From positions 29,822,001 to 29,886,000 of the forward strand of contig OZ024763.1 in NCBI GenBank assembly GCA_964016885.1: 64,000 bases of DNA, written 5' to 3'. A model generated the notes under the pieces. The model ran no database searches. It saw nothing but the letters and a program-made list of their open reading frames with translations, and had not been told where the DNA came from. This DNA is from Eledone cirrhosa. Its lineage: Eukaryota. The position numbers were made by a program, and so were the translations under genes. Shown in pieces: positions 1-14,823 of this stretch (positions within the stretch are counted from its first letter, which is position 1; every line of letters starts with the position of its first letter).

Positions 1-159
1 TATATATGTATATACATATATATAATATATATATTTATTAAAATAACAGATTAAAGTTTAAGCAAAGAATCGCTGCTTTCACCCTTAACGGGATCTTCAC
101 TGTGAGAGTGAGAGAATATGCTCCGAAATCACGCTTGGCTTCCCGCTCTCCCTCTCTCT

Positions 160-2490
<2,331 letters not shown>

Positions 2491-2619
2491 TGAGCTAATG
2501 CACGCTTCAACTCGAATGCATTGCAATGGCAGCAGAACATCTCAGACTTCATTATGTACTGCACCGTAAAACATCCAGTACCAGACGAATGCATCCTGAA
2601 AATAAATATATTAATAATA

Positions 2620-2685
2620 ATAGTAGTAGTAGTAGTAGCAGTAGTAGCAGTAGTAGTAGTAGTAGTAGTAGCAGTAGTAGTAGTT

Positions 2686-2727
<42 letters not shown>

Positions 2728-2728
2728 C

Positions 2729-2786
<58 letters not shown>

Positions 2787-2793
2787 TAGTGGC

Positions 2794-2837
<44 letters not shown>

Positions 2838-2919
2838 CAGTAGTAGTAGTAGTAGTGGCAGTAGTAGTAGTAGTAGTAGTAGCAGTAGTAGTAGTTGTAG
2901 TAGTAGTAGTAGCAGTAGC

Positions 2920-2966
<47 letters not shown>

Positions 2967-2967
2967 C

Positions 2968-3026
<59 letters not shown>

Positions 3027-3027
3027 C

Positions 3028-3083
<56 letters not shown>

Positions 3084-3087
3084 CAGC

Positions 3088-3137
<50 letters not shown>

Positions 3138-3212
3138 CAGCAGCAGTAGTGGTAGTAGTAGTAGTAGTGGTATTAGTAGTAGTAGTAGTGGTAGTAGTAG
3201 TAGTAGTGGTAT

Positions 3213-3263
<51 letters not shown>

Positions 3264-3264
3264 C
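2620..3264. repeat. (TAG)n trinucleotide microsatellite
   Basis: Direct. Gives the poly-S/V/L/T ORFs. Confidence 0.95.
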
Positions 3265-3354
3265 CACAATAAAGAGATATGCAATGGTGCAACTAATGTA
3301 TTATTGCACCAAATGACTTCTCGAAAGTTCACCATAGTGCACAGTTATGGTTGG

Positions 3355-3470
3355 TTGCACGTTTTGGTGTAGTGAGTGTTGAACTTACAATCATAAGGTC
3401 GTGGGTTCGTGTCCTGGGCCAGGTAACGTGTTGTGGTGTTTATCAACACGCTTCATTTCACATTGCTTTG
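3355..3470 (+). mobile_element. Degenerate tRNA-derived SINE 5' part
   Basis: A-box-like 'tggtgtagtg' and B-box-like 'gggttcgtgtcc', followed by 'gtgttgtg...cacgcttcatttcacattgct', similar to SINE core domains. Confidence 0.55.
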
Positions 3471-3558
3471 TATTAAAGGACTGGCGCCCGCCCCTGTTGT
3501 TAAAACACCAGAGGACCTTTCTGTGATACATCCTTATATAAGACCAGCTGCACAAACG

Positions 3559-4091
3559 TATGTGGGTAGAAATGTATGTAGGATGTATGCTGATGAAGGT
3601 GTGTATGTCAACGTGTGTTTGTTGTGGGTTCGTCTTAGGAAGAAGTGTTTAGACGGGGACTGTATTTGTTAATAAAGTGAGATTCCTTGCATATGCGCTG
3701 GGTGTGGGTGGCATTGCATCAGAAAACCTAATATATGTATTAACTTGCTCAGGTTGGCGAGAACAATACATAGGCCAGACTAAAAACAGCCTCCGCCAAC
3801 GCATGACTGTCCATAGATCCAAAATCAAAATACGGGAATACAGAAAAATAGCACTGAGTGAACACATTGATACCTGTGCCGCCCAAAATCATCCCAACTT
3901 TAGAATTTTTCCCCCTCTACATATTTAAAGATAATGCTACCCACACCCAGCGCATCAGCAAGAAATCTCACTTTATTAACAAATATACGGACCCCGTCTA
4001 AACACTTCTTCCTAAGACGAACCCACAACATACACACGTTGACATACATACCTACAGCAGCATACATCCTACATACATTTCTATCCACATA
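3559..4091 (+). mobile_element. Penelope-like retroelement 3' fragment with inverted 5' duplication
   Basis: Arms 3559-3716 and 3933-4091 are ~160-bp inverted repeats enclosing a GIY-YIG coding segment. Confidence 0.85.
3718..4003 (+). pseudogene. GIY-YIG endonuclease domain of a Penelope-like element (frameshifted fragment)
   Basis: Translation SENLIYVLTCSGWREQYIGQTKNSLRQRMTVHRSKIK...ALSEHIDTC. After a frameshift it continues PLYIFKDNATHTQRISKKSHFINKY..PRLN, matching the IY..C..YIGQT...R...H and C-terminal P.LN motifs of PLE endonucleases. Confidence 0.88.
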
Positions 4092-4639
4092 TAAACACAA
4101 TGACATACGTAAACACACATGTTCTATGGTGCAACACAAATATACATAAATTTGCATACCTTTTGATGTTTATAGATATACACGTGCCGACACGCACGCA
4201 TACACATACGCACACATGTATTGCATATTGATGGGTGCATACATATTTGTACACAAGTATCCCATACGACAGGGCCTAATGGATTCCCTTTGCAGTACGT
4301 ACAATCTGGACTCACACACGCCTTGTTGTTATGACAATACTATACATCATTTCACCTCTTTTGTTATTGATGTTATTGATGTTCTTTTGAGAGAATCGTT
4401 TTTGCAAATGACTGAAAATATCGAATAATGTACGCCATTTTTACCAGTACCACAAAAATACTGGTCCACACACACACACACACACACACTTATCTGTATA
4501 AGACAAGAGCTGAAAAATGTTTCAACATATCAAACCAAATCTTAATACCTTCCAAACCACTTTTTTCACATAAAACAGGAAGAATTTCCAAAACTGATCA
4601 GATTAGAGCAAAAATCACGAGCACTCTACCTCAAAATTA

Positions 4640-4676
4640 TTTTTGAAAAGCATAAGAAATGCGCAACCCGTAAAAA
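4640..4676 (+). ncRNA. Hammerhead-like variant (UUGAAAA...GCAA core) in pLTR-like family E
   Basis: ttt-TTGAAAA-gcat aagaa atgc-GCAA-cccg-TA-aaaa. A related minus-strand copy at ~7690-7835 has GCAA-ccgg-TA. Confidence 0.45.
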
Positions 4677-4786
4677 CTTAAAACTAAAACTGAATACTAA
4701 CTAATACTTATTACTAATTTATACTTATTCCTAATTAAACTATTTTTCCCTGGGAAAAATTTGTCAGCATTTTCTTTTCCTTTTTA

Positions 4787-4834
<48 letters not shown>

Positions 4835-4837
<3 letters not shown>

Positions 4838-5780
4838 CTTTATTTGCAACAGGGGCGTACAAAAATGGGACATTACAAGACGTGACGGCGAGGGTTTTAC
4901 ATAAAATCTTTAACAATGATAAATAACAATAAAGTATATAAAAATAAAACAATTGAAATCCCCATGGGGGGGGGGTAACGCTACTGCGGGATTGTTTTAC
5001 ACCCCGTGGATAGAACAACCCTCAACACCAGGAATAGGTTTTGTAGTTGTTCCCGTCTTCCCTCTGTTTATCTTCCTCAACCTAAAGGTTTATATACAGA
5101 GAAGGCCCATTCACCCGGGCCATTTTCGCCACATTCACCCACCTTTCAGCGAATTTATTGGGCTGTAGCACCTCTCTTCCTTCTGAAGTGGTACTTAAAG
5201 AAGGGGATGAGTTGTTGTCCGGGGAGAAAGGTGCTTGCCCTCAGTCCTTTTAACCTCGTCCACCATATTACCTCTTTCGCCATAGCCACCAGACAGAGGA
5301 AAATCACCTCTCCTTCGTTCTTAAATGAAGGCGGCGGGTTGATCCTCACGATGGACTCGGCTGACAACTGGATGTGTCCTACACATGACAGTAGCTATTC
5401 GACATAATTCCACAGGTCGGTCACCCCTGGGCACTGAATAATTGCGTGCAGAACGGTTTCGATGTCCTGCTCGCATCTAGGACAGGTCCTTTTGGCCGGA
5501 TCTCTGCCAGTACGTCCGTGCCTGTAGATTTTGTCTGGAACTGGTAGAGCTCCTCGGTAGCACTGCCAGGCCAGAGACCTCTGGAAGTTATCCATAGGCC
5601 CTGGACGGAAAGTCCTCCCGAACAGACTGGTCAGTTCGTCCTCCTCGATTCCTAGAGTTTCCCCGAGAACGTCGTTGCACTTATCCTCCACTAACCCCCT
5701 ATAGAATATCGAAGTGGATTCTCCGCTGATTACCGTTTCCGCTTGGTAGGGGGCTATGAGCGCCTGAAGGCACTCGAGGA
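4835..5780 (-). mobile_element. 5'-truncated Tx1/L1-clade LINE (ORF2 C-terminal zinc-finger region plus 3'UTR)
   Basis: The minus ORF contains LAWQCYRGALP...TCPRCEQDIETVLHAIIQCPGVTDLW, a CxxC...H...C zf-RVT-type motif. It continues past a stop to AKEVIWWTR. The element ends in AATAAAGAAA abutting (TA)n. Confidence 0.85.
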
Positions 5781-5783
5781 TAG

Positions 5784-5822
<39 letters not shown>

Positions 5823-6486
5823 TAGAGAGAGAGGGGGGGTCCACTCTCTCGAATTGTCGTACGTAGTTCCAAAGACCCTCGACCAGTTCAAGCTTATAAG
5901 AGTTATCTCCCTTGTTTGCTTCTGTGAAATTTCGAAGATTGTCTTAGTTGAGGTTTATTGTATTGCGTACGACTTTCGTTCCGCTATGGTATCCGTTTTG
6001 TGTTTTATATATATCTCTTACTGCAACCACCACCACCACCGCCGTCATAATAACAACTAGGAAAACCTTCCTCCACCTACTCCTTTCGTTTCTTCTCTTT
6101 TCTCAGTTGTGTTTTGTAATTACCCACTTTAACGTACCAGAACGAGACTCCATCTTGTGTTGGTTCATGTTGTGCAAAAGTTGAACCGAGGCATTTTTTG
6201 CTTGATTTTTTCACTCAATTATTGGAAATTGGGGTCAGTACCGAATTACCCCTTTTAGAAAACGGATGAAGGCCACCACTTCCTACTAAATACTGAAGTT
6301 GTAATTCAGGTAAGCCTGTTCTGTTTAAATTCCATACACGTGAAGCGACAGAGTAATACGCTGTTTTGTTGTCGGGTGTTCTACCTGGAAGTAACGTAAA
6401 ACACAGACCACACATAACCTCATATCTTTATTGGGGGAACTGTTTCTAGTAGACACATTATATGTGTATTTCTTAATGTTATTCTT

Positions 6487-7169
<683 letters not shown>

Positions 7170-7214
7170 AAGTTAAATAAAAAGTCAAATGATTAAAATT
7201 TAGCTTCGTTTATT

Positions 7215-7269
7215 ACTGTTATATATATTTCAGTGACAGCCATCTTTGGCTGTGACCTCTTCAGGCAGT
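7215..7269 (-). ncRNA. Minimal type I hammerhead ribozyme candidate
   Basis: Minus strand reads actgc-CTGAAGA-ggtcacagcc aaagat ggctgtcact-GAAA-t ATAT a-TA-acagt. Confidence 0.7.
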
Positions 7270-7429
7270 TTGAATTAGTATGGTATAGACAAGTACATAT
7301 GTTGTTGAGGTGTATAATATTGTCAATACTCTGATATGCCCAGTTCCTGGTTGGGTTGTTATTTCACTGAGGAACTATATATATATATATACTGCCAAAT
7401 CAACTTTTTCAAATACAAGTCGATGTTGA

Positions 7430-7666
7430 ACGGTATGTCAAATCTATTTATCTATAAAACTGTCTATATTGTATTTTGTCTGAGGAAGGCATAACATATT
7501 GTTAATATGATATCCCTGAAATATATATAATGAAATAAAAATGTTTTTATAAATATAGTTTCCATTTATTTAATATCGTAAATATACTCCAAATACTTGT
7601 TGAGTGCTTTTATATCAGTTATAAATATTTACTAGTTGTAACCCAACATTTTAAATATAACTTTCC
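7430..7666 (+). mobile_element. PLE pLTR-like family A copy with hammerhead at 7472-7537
   Basis: tattttgt-CTGAGGA-agg...cct-GAAA-t ATAT a-TA-atgaaata. Homologous to the copies at 21.2-21.6 kb and 35.9-36.3 kb. Ends in (TA)n. Confidence 0.75.
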
Positions 7667-7852
7667 ATATATATATATATATATATATTGGTAAACGGAA
7701 TAGAAAATGCTGACAAATTGTTCACAGTTGAAAAATGGTTTAATTAGGAATAAAAGAGTATTAATAATTGTATGGGTTAGTATTCAGTTGTGGTTTTAAG
7801 TTTTTAAGTTTTTACCGGTTGCGCATTTTAAATGCTTATATATATATATATA

Positions 7853-8066
7853 CAGGGTGAGTCAAAATTATGTGTGTTAACACTTTTCTCGATCAAACAT
7901 TTCCAAATCGTTGGATATGTCGCGGTGGCCCATTGGCGTGGCCTGCACACTCCCCTGATCTGACACCCTGTGACTTCTGGTTATGGGGCATGGTAAAGGA
8001 ACGCGTGTATAGCAAAAAAGTTAGACATCGATGAACTCAAGGACAGAATACCGACAGTTAACACTT
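7853..8066 (+). mobile_element. Internally deleted Tc1/mariner element: TIR plus transposase fragment
   Basis: TA|CAGGGTGAGTCAAAATTATG terminus. 7882-8050 translates FLDQTFPNRWICRGGPLAWPAHSPDLTPCDFWLWGMVKERVY, containing the WPxxSPDLxPxD motif. Confidence 0.88.
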
Positions 8067-8090
8067 CTTCAGATATGGTTGTTTATATTG

Positions 8091-8770
8091 GTGGACTCAC
8101 AGAATCGTTTGAGAGCAGGGTGGACTCACAGAATCTTTTGAGAGGAGGGTAACTCACAGAATTTTTTGAGAGGAGGGTAACTCACAGAATTTTTTTGAGA
8201 GGAGGGTAACTCACAGAATTTTTTGAGAGGAGGGTAACTCACAGAATTTTTTGAGAGCAGGGTGGATTCACTGAATCTTTTGAGAGGAGGGTAACTCACA
8301 GAATCTTTTGAGAGGAGGGTAACTCACAGAATCTTTTGAGAGGAGGGTAACTCACAGAATCTTTTGAGAGGAGGGTAACTCACAGAATTTTTTGAGAGGA
8401 GGGTAACTCGCAGAATCTTTTGAGAGGCGGGTGGACTCACTGAATCTTTTGAGAGGAGGGTGGACTCACTGAATCTTTTGAGAGGAGGGTAACTCACAGA
8501 ATCTTTTGAGAGCAGGGTAACTCACAGAATCTTTTGAGAGCAGGGTGGACTCACTGAATCTTTTGAGAGCAGGGTGGACTCACTGAATCTTTTGAGAGCA
8601 GGGTGGACTCACTGAATCTTTTGAGAGCAGGGTGGACTCACAGAATCTTTTGAGAGCAGGGTGGACTCACTGAATCTTTTGAGAGCAGGGTGGACTCACT
8701 GAATCTTTTGAGAGCAGGGTGGACTCACTGAATCTTTTCAGAGCAGGGTGGACTCACAGAATCTTTTGAG
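8091..8770. repeat. 28/29-bp minisatellite (~23 units)
   Basis: Unit gagcagggtggactcactgaatcttttga, with variant gaggagggtaactcacagaatcttttga. Confidence 0.95.
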
Positions 8771-8819
8771 CGTCAGTCAAATGCGCAGTAGTATTTGTTA
8801 CGACATTTTTTTTTTTACA

Positions 8820-9215
8820 TTTTGAGTTCAAATTCCGCCGAGATCAACTTTACCCATTGACCATTTCAAGGTCGAGAATATAAAATACCAGTAAGGAACT
8901 GGAGCCGATTTGATCCAATTCCCCCCCCCCCCCTCCCCTCACATTTCTAGCCTTGTGCAATGGGGTCGATTTAATCGACTTTTCCCACCCCACGAATTGG
9001 TGGCCGTGTGACTAAAGTAGAAACAATTATTATAATTCCCCGATGAAGGGCGGTAGACTGGCTGTAATCGGTAGAGCTTCAGATACCATGTTTTTCAGCA
9101 CAGAGTTATGTCCCTTTACGTTCTGAGTTCAAATCCCGCCAAGGTTAACTTTGCCTTTCATCCTTACGGGGGTCGATAACATAAAATACCAGTAATGAAC
9201 TGAGGTCGATTTAAT
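8820..9215 (+). mobile_element. Two diverged copies of the tRNA-derived SINE
   Basis: 'gagttcaaat(t/c)ccgcc...aacttt...gtcga...aaaataccagtaa' occurs twice. The second copy has the head 'gggcggtagactggctgtaatcggtagag'. Confidence 0.85.
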
Positions 9216-9299
9216 GGTTGGAGATATTGTCGTGTCTAGCGTGGTGGAGGCGGTGGGTGGCTTGGATGGAGATGAAGGTACGTTGATGGCGTGGTGTGG

Positions 9300-9970
9300 T
9301 GGTCAGGGTGGAGGTATTGTAGGGTCTAGCTTCGTGGTGTGGTATGGTGGTGTGGTGGGGCGTTGACTTGGGTGGATTTGAAGGTACATTGAAGACATGG
9401 TGGTGGTGGTGGTTCGGGGTGGAGGTATTGGTAGTGGTCTGGGGGGTGGTATTGGAAAGTTTGGTGGCGGGTATCAGGTATTGTTGGGTCTAGCGTCGTG
9501 GTGTGGCGGAGCGGTAGCTTGGGTGGAATTGAAGGTACATTGCAGAGAATGTGTGGTGGTTCGGGGTGGAGGTATTGGTAGTGGTCTGGGTGGTGGTATT
9601 GGAAAGTTTGGTGGCGGGTATCAGGTATTGTTGGGTCTAGCGTCGTGGTGTGGCGGAGCGGTAGCTTGGGTGGAATTGAAGGTACATTGCAGAGAATGTG
9701 TGGTGGTTCGAGGTGGAGGTATTGGTAGTGGTCTGGGTGGTGGTATTGGAAAGTTTGGTGGCGGGTATCAGGTATTGTTGGGTCTAGCGTCGTGGTGTGT
9801 CGGAGCGGTAGCTTGGGTGGAATTGAAGGTACATTGAAGAGAATGTGTGGTGGTTCGGGGTGGAGGTATTGCAAAGTTTGGTGGCGGGCATGAGGTATCG
9901 AAAGGTCTAGGGTGGAGGTGCGATGGCTTGGGTGGAATTGAAGGTACATTGAAGAGAATGTGGTGGTGGT
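9300..9970. repeat. 147-bp GT-rich tandem repeat (~4.5 units)
   Basis: 'ggtacattg' recurs at 9534, 9681 and 9828. The ORFs show the corresponding 49-aa periodicity. Confidence 0.9.
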
Positions 9971-10599
9971 AGTGGTGGTGGTCAGGGTGGTGGTATTGGT
10001 GGTGGTCAGGGTGGGGAGTTGGAAATATTGTAGGATCTAGCATGGTGGTGTGGTGGCTTGGTGGCGTGGTGTAGGAATGGCTTGGGTGACGTGGTGTAGC
10101 ACTTGCTTGGGTAGCGTGGTGGCGTGGTGTAGCACTGGCTTGGGTAGCGTGGAGGAGAATTGGACTGGGCGGAGGGGCAGTGTTGGAATTTAGCCGATTT
10201 CTATGAAATGACATCACAGTTATTACGTTTCCCTTCTTCTATATTACGACATTGTAATACAGAAATTCCTTTAGGATAAATTTTATTAGGTGACAATAAG
10301 ATGTTACGTCATCACTAGACATTGATTCGGTTAGATCTGGTTTGATCTGGTTATGGGTCTGGTGAGTGTTCTGCTCAGATGTTTTCGTCTGGTTTCTATC
10401 TCGGTCTCGTTCAAGTCTCGCTATCGGACTCGTATTACGTTCCGTATCGTTCCGTTCCGTTCCGTATCGTTCCGTTCCGTTCCGTATCGTTCCGTATCGT
10501 TCCACCTCGTCTCCTGTCACCTCTGTACGGTGTAGTGTCATGCATTTCGGACTTGGACAGAATCAGCCTCGTAGCCAAAGCAACGCCGCTGGAATGACG

Positions 10600-12400
10600 G
10601 TGTTTTATAAAAATGGTGGTGGTGTTTGTAGTGGTGTTGGTGTTTTATAAAGATGGTAGTGGTGGTGGTAGTGGTGTTGGTGTTTTATAAAGATGGTGGT
10701 GGTGGTGGTAGTGGTGTTGGTGTTTTATAAAGATGATGGTGGTGGTAGGGTTGGGTGGTGATGGTAGTGGTGGTAGTGATAGTGGTGGTGTGTTGGTGGT
10801 AGTGGTGGTAGTGTTTGGTTGGTGTTGGTGGTGGTCGTAGGGTTGAGTGGTAAGAATGGTGATGGTCGTGTGGCAGTGGTGGTGATGGTGGTGGTGGTGG
10901 AGGTGGATGTGTGGTGGTGGTGTTGGAGGTGTGGTGGTGGTGTGAGTGGTGGTGGTATTGGTGAGAGTAGTGGCAGTAGTGGTGGTAATAGTGGTAGTGG
11001 TGATAATGGTGGTGGTGGTGTGGTGGTGGTGTTGGAGGTGTCGCGGTGGTGTTTTATAAAGACGGTGGTGGTAGTGTGGTGGTGGTGGTGGTGTGAGTGG
11101 TGGTGGTAGTGTTGACAGTAGTGGCAGTAGTGGTGGTGGTACGGTTGTCGTTATTGTTGTGGATGGTTGGGGTGGTGGTGGTGGTGAGAGTCGTGGTGGT
11201 GGTGGTGATGTTTTATAAAGACGGTGGTGGTGAGTTTTGTGGTGGAGGCTGTTATGGTGAGTGCGGTGATGGTGTTGTGAGAGTGGTGGTCATAAGATGG
11301 GTGATTGTGGTGTTGGTGGTGGTGATGATTGTGCTGATGGTTGTCAAGTTGTTGTCACTGTTGTTGATGGTGAATGACGTAATGTTGTTGTTGGCGGAAG
11401 TTGGTGGTGGTGCTAAAGGTGGTGCTATTGTGGTGATGATGATGGTGGTGGTGGTGGTGGTGGTTGTGGTGCTGGCATCGTTGATGCTATTGTGGTGGTG
11501 GTGGTGGTGGTATCGTTGATGCTATTGTGGTGGTGGTGGTACTGTTGGTGCTAATAGGTGGTGATAATGGTGATGGTTGCGTTGGTGGTGGTGCTAAAGG
11601 TGGTGCTATTGTGGTGGTGATGATGATGGTGGTGGTTGTGGTGGCGGTGCTGGCATCGTTGATGCTATTGTGGTGGTGGTGGTATTGTTGATGCTATTGT
11701 GGTGGTGGTGGTGGTGGTGGTGGTACTGTTGGTGATAATGGTGATGGTGGCGTTGGTGGTGGTGCTAAAGGTGGTGCTATTGTGGTGGTGGTGATGATGG
11801 TGGTGGTGGTTGTGGTGGCGGTGCTGGCATGGTTGATGCTATTGTGGTGGTGGTGGTGTTGGTGGTATTGTTGATGCTAATAGGTGGTGATAATGGTGAT
11901 GGAGGTTGGTGGTGATGGTGGTGGTGGTGTCGGTGGTGGTGTCGGTGGTGGTTGCTTAGGTGGTGGAGGTTGGTGGTGAAGGTTAGTGGTGGTGGTGGTG
12001 GTGGTGGTGCTAATACGTGCTAGGTGACTTAAGTACTGGAATTTTGGTAATTTCTATAAATGACATCACAGCTATTAAAAATATTACAGAATTGGATATA
12101 ACGACATTGGAAAAACTATGACAATGATGATGATGATGATGATGACGATGATGATTGTATGGGTTAATGGTGGTGGGGACGGTGGTGGTAGTGTTGGTGC
12201 TAGCGGTGATGGTGGTGGTGGTGATGGTGGTGAGGATGGTGGTATTGATGGTTGGAGAGATGGCGATGGTAGTGGTTATTGTAGGGGTTAATGGTAGTGA
12301 TGGTGGTGGTGATGGTGATGGTTGGAGTGATGATGATGGTGGTGGTGGTGGTGATGATGATGGTGTGGGTGGCAATGATGTAATATTTGTTGATTACATC
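10600..12400. repeat. (GGT)n-rich low-complexity region including a 40-bp x4 tandem at 10600-10745
   Basis: 'tgttttataa' recurs at 10601, 10641, 10681 and 10721. The rest is degenerate GGT/GAT. Confidence 0.85.
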
Positions 12401-12592
12401 AGTAACTGTAGGATTAATAGCAGTAGCAGCAGCAGCAGCAGCAGAAATGGTGGTGGTGGTGTTGGGGAAGTTCCATTTTTGCTAGTTTTGTGAAATTTTT
12501 TTTTTTTTTTTTTCGTTTACGTGTTTTTGTATTATTTATTTATTTATTATTTGAGGGGGGGGGGAGCAGGTGGAGGTGATCAGTTTCATTCA

Positions 12593-12809
12593 TCAATGAC
12601 ACATCATGAGGAATGTCTGATCACATAAATGACTGACCGACATGTTCGATATGGTGTCGCGATAACAAGTTGTGAGGGGGTGAACTGGTGTCTCAGGCCA
12701 TTGATTCTGTGCTAGGCTACGGAGTTTGGCGCTAAGAAATTCACCTTCTCGACCTAGCCGTAAGCAGGTACCACTCATCGACTCTTCGATCTCATATATC
12801 ATTAATACC
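12593..12809 (-). CDS. Candidate terminal coding exon of an unidentified host gene
   Basis: Non-repetitive island. Minus-strand acceptor 'ttttttttttgcttttaaag|' precedes an open frame VLMIYEIEESMSGTCLRLGREGEFLSAKLRSLAQNQWPETPVHPLTTCYRDTISNMSVSHLCDQTFLMMCH*. No homology recognised. Confidence 0.4.
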
Positions 12810-12867
12810 TTTAAAAGCAAAAAAAAAATATCAAGGATCCACAGAATTAGTTGTATATATATATATA

Positions 12868-13060
12868 GGAACCAGTAAGACCCCGACGGCTGAGCTCAAG
12901 CCGTTTCGACGGCTAATTCTGAGTCCAGAATTAGCCGTCGAAACGGCTTGAGCTCAGCCGTCGGGGTCTTACTGGTTCCTATTACCCACTCTACTACCCC
13001 AAGTATTGAGTACTTTGGTGCGTTATGGTCCACCTGGTTCCTTACCACATTTCCTTCGTT
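12868..13060 (+). mobile_element. Fold-back element in (TA)n, family H copy 2
   Basis: Perfect ~54-bp inverted arms around 'agtc', then the same tail as at 6660-6740. Confidence 0.88.
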
Positions 13061-13125
13061 ATATATATATATATATATATATTAAAATACAAATATTAAT
13101 AAAATAGATGTTCTTTTTATCAATT

Positions 13126-13183
13126 ACATTTTATTATACATATTTCAGATGTACAACAGTACGTCCTCGTCAGACAAAATATA
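13126..13183 (-). ncRNA. Minimal type I hammerhead ribozyme candidate
   Basis: Minus strand reads tatattttgt-CTGACGA-ggacgtac tgtt gtacatct-GAAA-t ATGT a-TA-ataaaatgta. Stem I is at least 8 bp. Confidence 0.8.
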
Positions 13184-13315
13184 ATGATACATGACATACC
13201 CTGAGATGTTAAATGGTTATGATTTAATCAAGGTAGAAAATAATTTTACCATAGAGTGCTTCCAATCTACTGTAAAACTCATTCTTTGATATACTCATTG
13301 AATATTGTTTAACTC

Positions 13316-13375
<60 letters not shown>

Positions 13376-13518
13376 ATATGCTTCGAAATCATTAGACGTG
13401 TCCGTTGAACCTGCGGGTCCAGAATCAGACAGATCCACACAATGATCACGTCTCGAGCTGTCCGCCGGCGAAACAATTGGAACACAAAATAAATTGAGTT
13501 CAGATGCATCACTGATTT

Positions 13519-13550
<32 letters not shown>

Positions 13551-14024
13551 ATGAGAAATGAAATTTCATTTTTTCCATATATATAAATAGAGAGAGAGGT
13601 AATATATTTGTGTCCATTATTATTACTATGTAAATGAGAAAAATGAATGACTACATCAGACAAAGAGAGGTAAATAGATTGGATACGGTGTGTATGTGTG
13701 TGTATCTGTGACTGTAAATGTGTGTGTGTTTGTGTGCCAGTCTGTCTGTGTGTCAAGTGTATTTGGTTTCGTCATGGTGAGTTATTTGGTTCATTGCTCA
13801 TTAGTCACACTAGAGAGGTGTCTATGTATGTGTATCTGTGTGTGTGCGTGTGTGTGTGTGTGTGTGTGTATGAATGTATGTGTATATATGCATGTGTGGG
13901 TCTCTATATGTGAGCGAATGTGTGTGTGTTTGTGTATTTGTGTATATACGTGTATGTATGTATGTATGAATGTATGTGTGTGTGAGAGTGTTTGAGTATG
14001 TTAGTGCCTGAGTGTATGTGTGTG

Positions 14025-14072
<48 letters not shown>

Positions 14073-14249
14073 GTGTGTGTGTGTGTATGAATGTATGTCT
14101 CTCTCTATATATATATATGTGTGTGTGTGTGTATGAATGTATCTCTCTCTCTCTCTCTCTGTGTATGAATGTATGTCTCCCTCTCTCTATATATATGTGT
14201 GTATGAATGTATGTCTCCCTCTCTGTATGTATGAATGTATGTCTCTCTC

Positions 14250-14282
<33 letters not shown>

Positions 14283-14574
14283 ATGAATGTGAGTGTGTGT
14301 GTACAAGCAAGTTGGCTGGCTTGTTGCCCGGTAGGTCGGTGGTCCACCGGTTGGTCTGCTTAATAATAGAGTTGAGGTGTCAATGGAGGTTGTTTTTTGT
14401 TTAATGTGCTTGCTTTTTACACTCCATGTTTACTAGGGGTGGGGGGTTGAAACGGGACACAATTTCATGGGTTTGTAAATGTTTCAAACGAAACTTAAAT
14501 AATAAATGATACCAACAACAACAACAACAACAACAATGAAAATAATGATAGTAATAATAATGATAATAATAATA

Positions 14575-14792
14575 ATTGTTTCTACTTTTGGCACAAAGCC
14601 AGCAATTTTCAGTAGATTACTGGTACTTTATTTTATGATAATAATAATAAAGTACCATTTTATGATAATAATAATAATGATGATTTCTAGTATAAGCACA
14701 AGGCCAGCAATTTTGGGGGAGGGGGAAGTCCATTAAATCGACCCCAGTGCGTGACTGGTACTTTATTACTTTATTTTATCGACCCCGTAAGG
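14575..14792 (-). mobile_element. SINE 3' fragments (two)
   Basis: Reverse-complement SINE tail and core: 'attgtttctacttttggcacaa' and 'ctggtacttta...ttttatcgaccccgtaagga'. Confidence 0.8.

Positions 14793-14822
<30 letters not shown>

Positions 14823-14823
<1 letters not shown>

Noticed and set aside
60-102. Minus-strand GTGAAGA-tccc gttaa gggt-GAAA motif
   Set aside because: C3 is altered and stems I and III are unconvincing. Not counted as a ribozyme.
5845-6490. 650-bp unique island next to the LINE
   Set aside because: No ORF motif, terminal repeat or second copy in the window. Left unclassified.
8091-8770. 29-bp repeats resembling a CRISPR array
   Set aside because: Units are contiguous with no unique spacers, there are no cas genes, and the context is eukaryotic.
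13370-13525. Island with a hairpin, GAAA-cAATTg and a TTGAGTTC motif
   Set aside because: No recognisable CUGANGA or UH triplet. It may be a decayed family member but cannot be supported.
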